Of a stretch of DNA of 28,237 nucleotides, positions 26,485-28,237 are shown piece after piece. The notes under the pieces were generated by a model that searched no databases, was not told where the DNA came from, and saw only the letters and a list, made by a program, of their open reading frames with translations. This DNA is from Gammaproteobacteria bacterium (GTDB lineage: Bacteria; Pseudomonadota; Gammaproteobacteria; SZUA-229), in the NCBI GenBank assembly GCA_027858635.1, contig JAQICG010000192.1, forward strand, positions 1-28,237. The letters run 5' to 3'. Position 1 is the first letter of the stretch. Every line of letters starts with the position of its first letter. A program made the position numbers and the translations under genes.

Positions 26485-27153
26485 TTATTTTGAAGAATGT
26501 AGTGAGTCATTTAACTGTTGCAGACGCTCGATGGTGCCGACGTCGGTCCAGGCGTTCTGGTATAACTCGCCGCTGACTTTTTGCCGGGCGATTTTTTCTT
26601 TCAGGATCGGCGCGAGTGCGGCAACGCCTTCGGGGTAGTCGGCGAAAAACGGTTGGCTGTAAACGCCGATACCGCTGTAGGTGTAAAGCGGCTGACCGTT
26701 ATTTTGCAGGTAGCCGTTTTCTAGTGCGAAATCGCCGCTGCTGTTGTGATCGGGATTTTCAACCATAACCAGATGTGCTTCGCTATTTAGTTCCAGATGA
26801 GTTAATTTCTCGAAATCGTAATCGGTGTAGATGTCGCCGTTGATGATTAAAAAACTCTCGCCGAGCAGGGGCAGGGCCTTGATGATGCCGCCGGCGGTTT
26901 CCAGCGCTTGCGCGCCTTCGTCGGAGTAATGAATGTTCAATCCGAATTTTTCACCGTTGCCGAGGCTTTGTTGTATCTGCTCACCCAGCCAGGCGATATT
27001 GATGATGACATCGTCAATGCCTGCACGTTTGAGTTTGTATAGATGATGTTCGATGAGGCTGTGCGCGCCGACTTTGAGCAGAGGTTTGGGCGTGTGGTCG
27101 GTGAGCGGGCGCAGGCGTTCACCGCGACCGGCGGCCAGGATCATCGCTTTCAT
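26485..27153 (-). CDS. murU: N-acetylmuramate alpha-1-phosphate uridylyltransferase
   Basis: MKAMILAAGRGERLRPLTDHTPKPLL, LETAGGI, NGDI and WTDVGT; overlaps the amgK stop. Confidence 0.92.
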   Translation of the reverse strand: MKAMILAAGRGERLRPLTDHTPKPLLKVGAHSLIEHHLYKLKRAGIDDVIINIAWLGEQIQQSLGNGEKFGLNIHYSDEGAQALETAGGIIKALPLLGESFLIINGDIYTDYDFEKLTHLELNSEAHLVMVENPDHNSSGDFALENGYLQNNGQPLYTYSGIGVYSQPFFADYPEGVAALAPILKEKIARQKVSGELYQNAWTDVGTIERLQQLNDSLHSSK

Positions 27154-28178
27154 GGTTGCTCAACTTTGGGGTGATGCAGTACGGTCTGTTCCAGCAGCTG
27201 TTGCAGCGGCGCGAGTTCTTCATAGCGGGCGCAGGCGTTGAGTACGTATTTCAAAGTCAGCGGCAGGTCGTTGAGATACTGCGTCTTGCCGTCGCGATAG
27301 TTGAGGCGGGCAAAGATGCCGAGCACTTTGAGGTGGCGTTGTACGCCCATAAAATCGAACCACCGGATAAACTGCGGCAGTTGTAGTTCATATTGATGGG
27401 CGACTCTGGATTTTAGAAAATAATCGTGCAGCCAATGTTCAATTTTTTCACGCGGCCATTCGATGTAACAGTCTTTCAGCAGAGAAACCAGATCGTAGCT
27501 GCACGGGCCGACGACTGCATCCTGATAATCGATGACGCCGGGGTTGTCGTGCGCGGTGAGCATTAAATTGCGTGAATGGTAATCGCGGTGTACAAACACC
27601 TGTGGCTGCTCCAGCGCGCTCGCAATCAGCAGATCGAACATGGCATCGAGGCTGGCGCTCTGCTGCGCATCGAGCTGCACACCAAGGTGGCGATTCAGAT
27701 ACCAGTCTTCAAACAGCTGCATTTCATCGCGCAGGCGCGGTGCATCATAGACGGGCAGTTCGTGTAGGGCCTCGTCCTTGATATTCTGCATGCGCACCAG
27801 CGCGGTAATGGCGTCGCTGTACAGCGTTTCGGCGTGCTGGTCGTTGAGGTGGTTGAGATAAGGCTGATCGCCCAGATCGGTGAGCAGCAAAAAACCCTGC
27901 GCACTATCTTGCGCAAGAATCTCCGGTGCGTTGACGCCTGCGCTGCGCAGTATTTGGGTTACCCGAATGAACGGCTCGCAGTCTTCCTGCTCGGGGGGTG
28001 CATCCATAACGATAAAAGAGCGCCCCGAGTTTTCATCGCGGGTGCGGAAATAACGGCGGAAGCTGGCATCGGCCGAGGCGGGCGTAATCGCTGAAAAGCG
28101 GTAGCCGGAAAGCGTGCCCAGCCAGTGCTGCAATAATTGTTTGCGATCCAGGTCGCTATTTTTCGATGAAGGATTCAA
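27150..28178 (-). CDS. amgK: Anomeric MurNAc/GlcNAc kinase
   Basis: DASFRRYFR, VMDAPP, HRDYHSRNLM, DYQDAV.GP..YDLVSLLKDCY and QRHLKVLGIFARL..RDGK; canonical amgK-murU pair. The TTG start is uncertain. Confidence 0.92.
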   Translation of the reverse strand: MNPSSKNSDLDRKQLLQHWLGTLSGYRFSAITPASADASFRRYFRTRDENSGRSFIVMDAPPEQEDCEPFIRVTQILRSAGVNAPEILAQDSAQGFLLLTDLGDQPYLNHLNDQHAETLYSDAITALVRMQNIKDEALHELPVYDAPRLRDEMQLFEDWYLNRHLGVQLDAQQSASLDAMFDLLIASALEQPQVFVHRDYHSRNLMLTAHDNPGVIDYQDAVVGPCSYDLVSLLKDCYIEWPREKIEHWLHDYFLKSRVAHQYELQLPQFIRWFDFMGVQRHLKVLGIFARLNYRDGKTQYLNDLPLTLKYVLNACARYEELAPLQQLLEQTVLHHPKVEQP

Positions 28179-28237
28179 TGTACTGTGAGTTGTGTTTAAA
28201 ATGTTGGCGCTAATTCTAGCAGTTGTTAATACATTAA

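Overview
Probable gammaproteobacterial chromosome segment, inferred from the hrpA, amgK-murU, dgkA and mltF housekeeping genes. The left arm carries hrpA, an SPFH/NfeD pair, a LexA-like peptidase lacking its HTH, DoxX, PilZ, a disrupted CHASE2-like Ser/Thr kinase and selO. The centre (11885-22424) is a tightly coupled minus-strand redox and sulfur-handling cluster. In transcription order it reads: sterol-desaturase-family protein, VTT/DedA-rhodanese fusion, TauE, DsrE, an 814-aa NapH-like membrane polyferredoxin fused to a GltD-like NAD(P)H flavoprotein, a membrane-anchored diheme cytochrome, an HAO-family octaheme, an HAO-family pentaheme paralog missing hemes 3-5, an MFS transporter and a second (frameshifted) DsrE. 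A decayed ArsR-rhodanese regulator is transcribed divergently and its likely operator is intact. This looks like an uncharacterised NAD(P)H-to-periplasm electron conduit, possibly for sulfur compounds (inference). The right arm carries a non-canonical PhoX-like protein under a strong Pho box, then mltF, dgkA, murU and amgK. Three intergenic sites hold a GCAGAG-based inverted-repeat family, one copy with a flipped 42-bp core, and there are three GTAG-type REPs. No rRNA, tRNA, CRISPR array or intact transposase was seen. Family assignments come from motif recognition by eye and memory; no database search was run.
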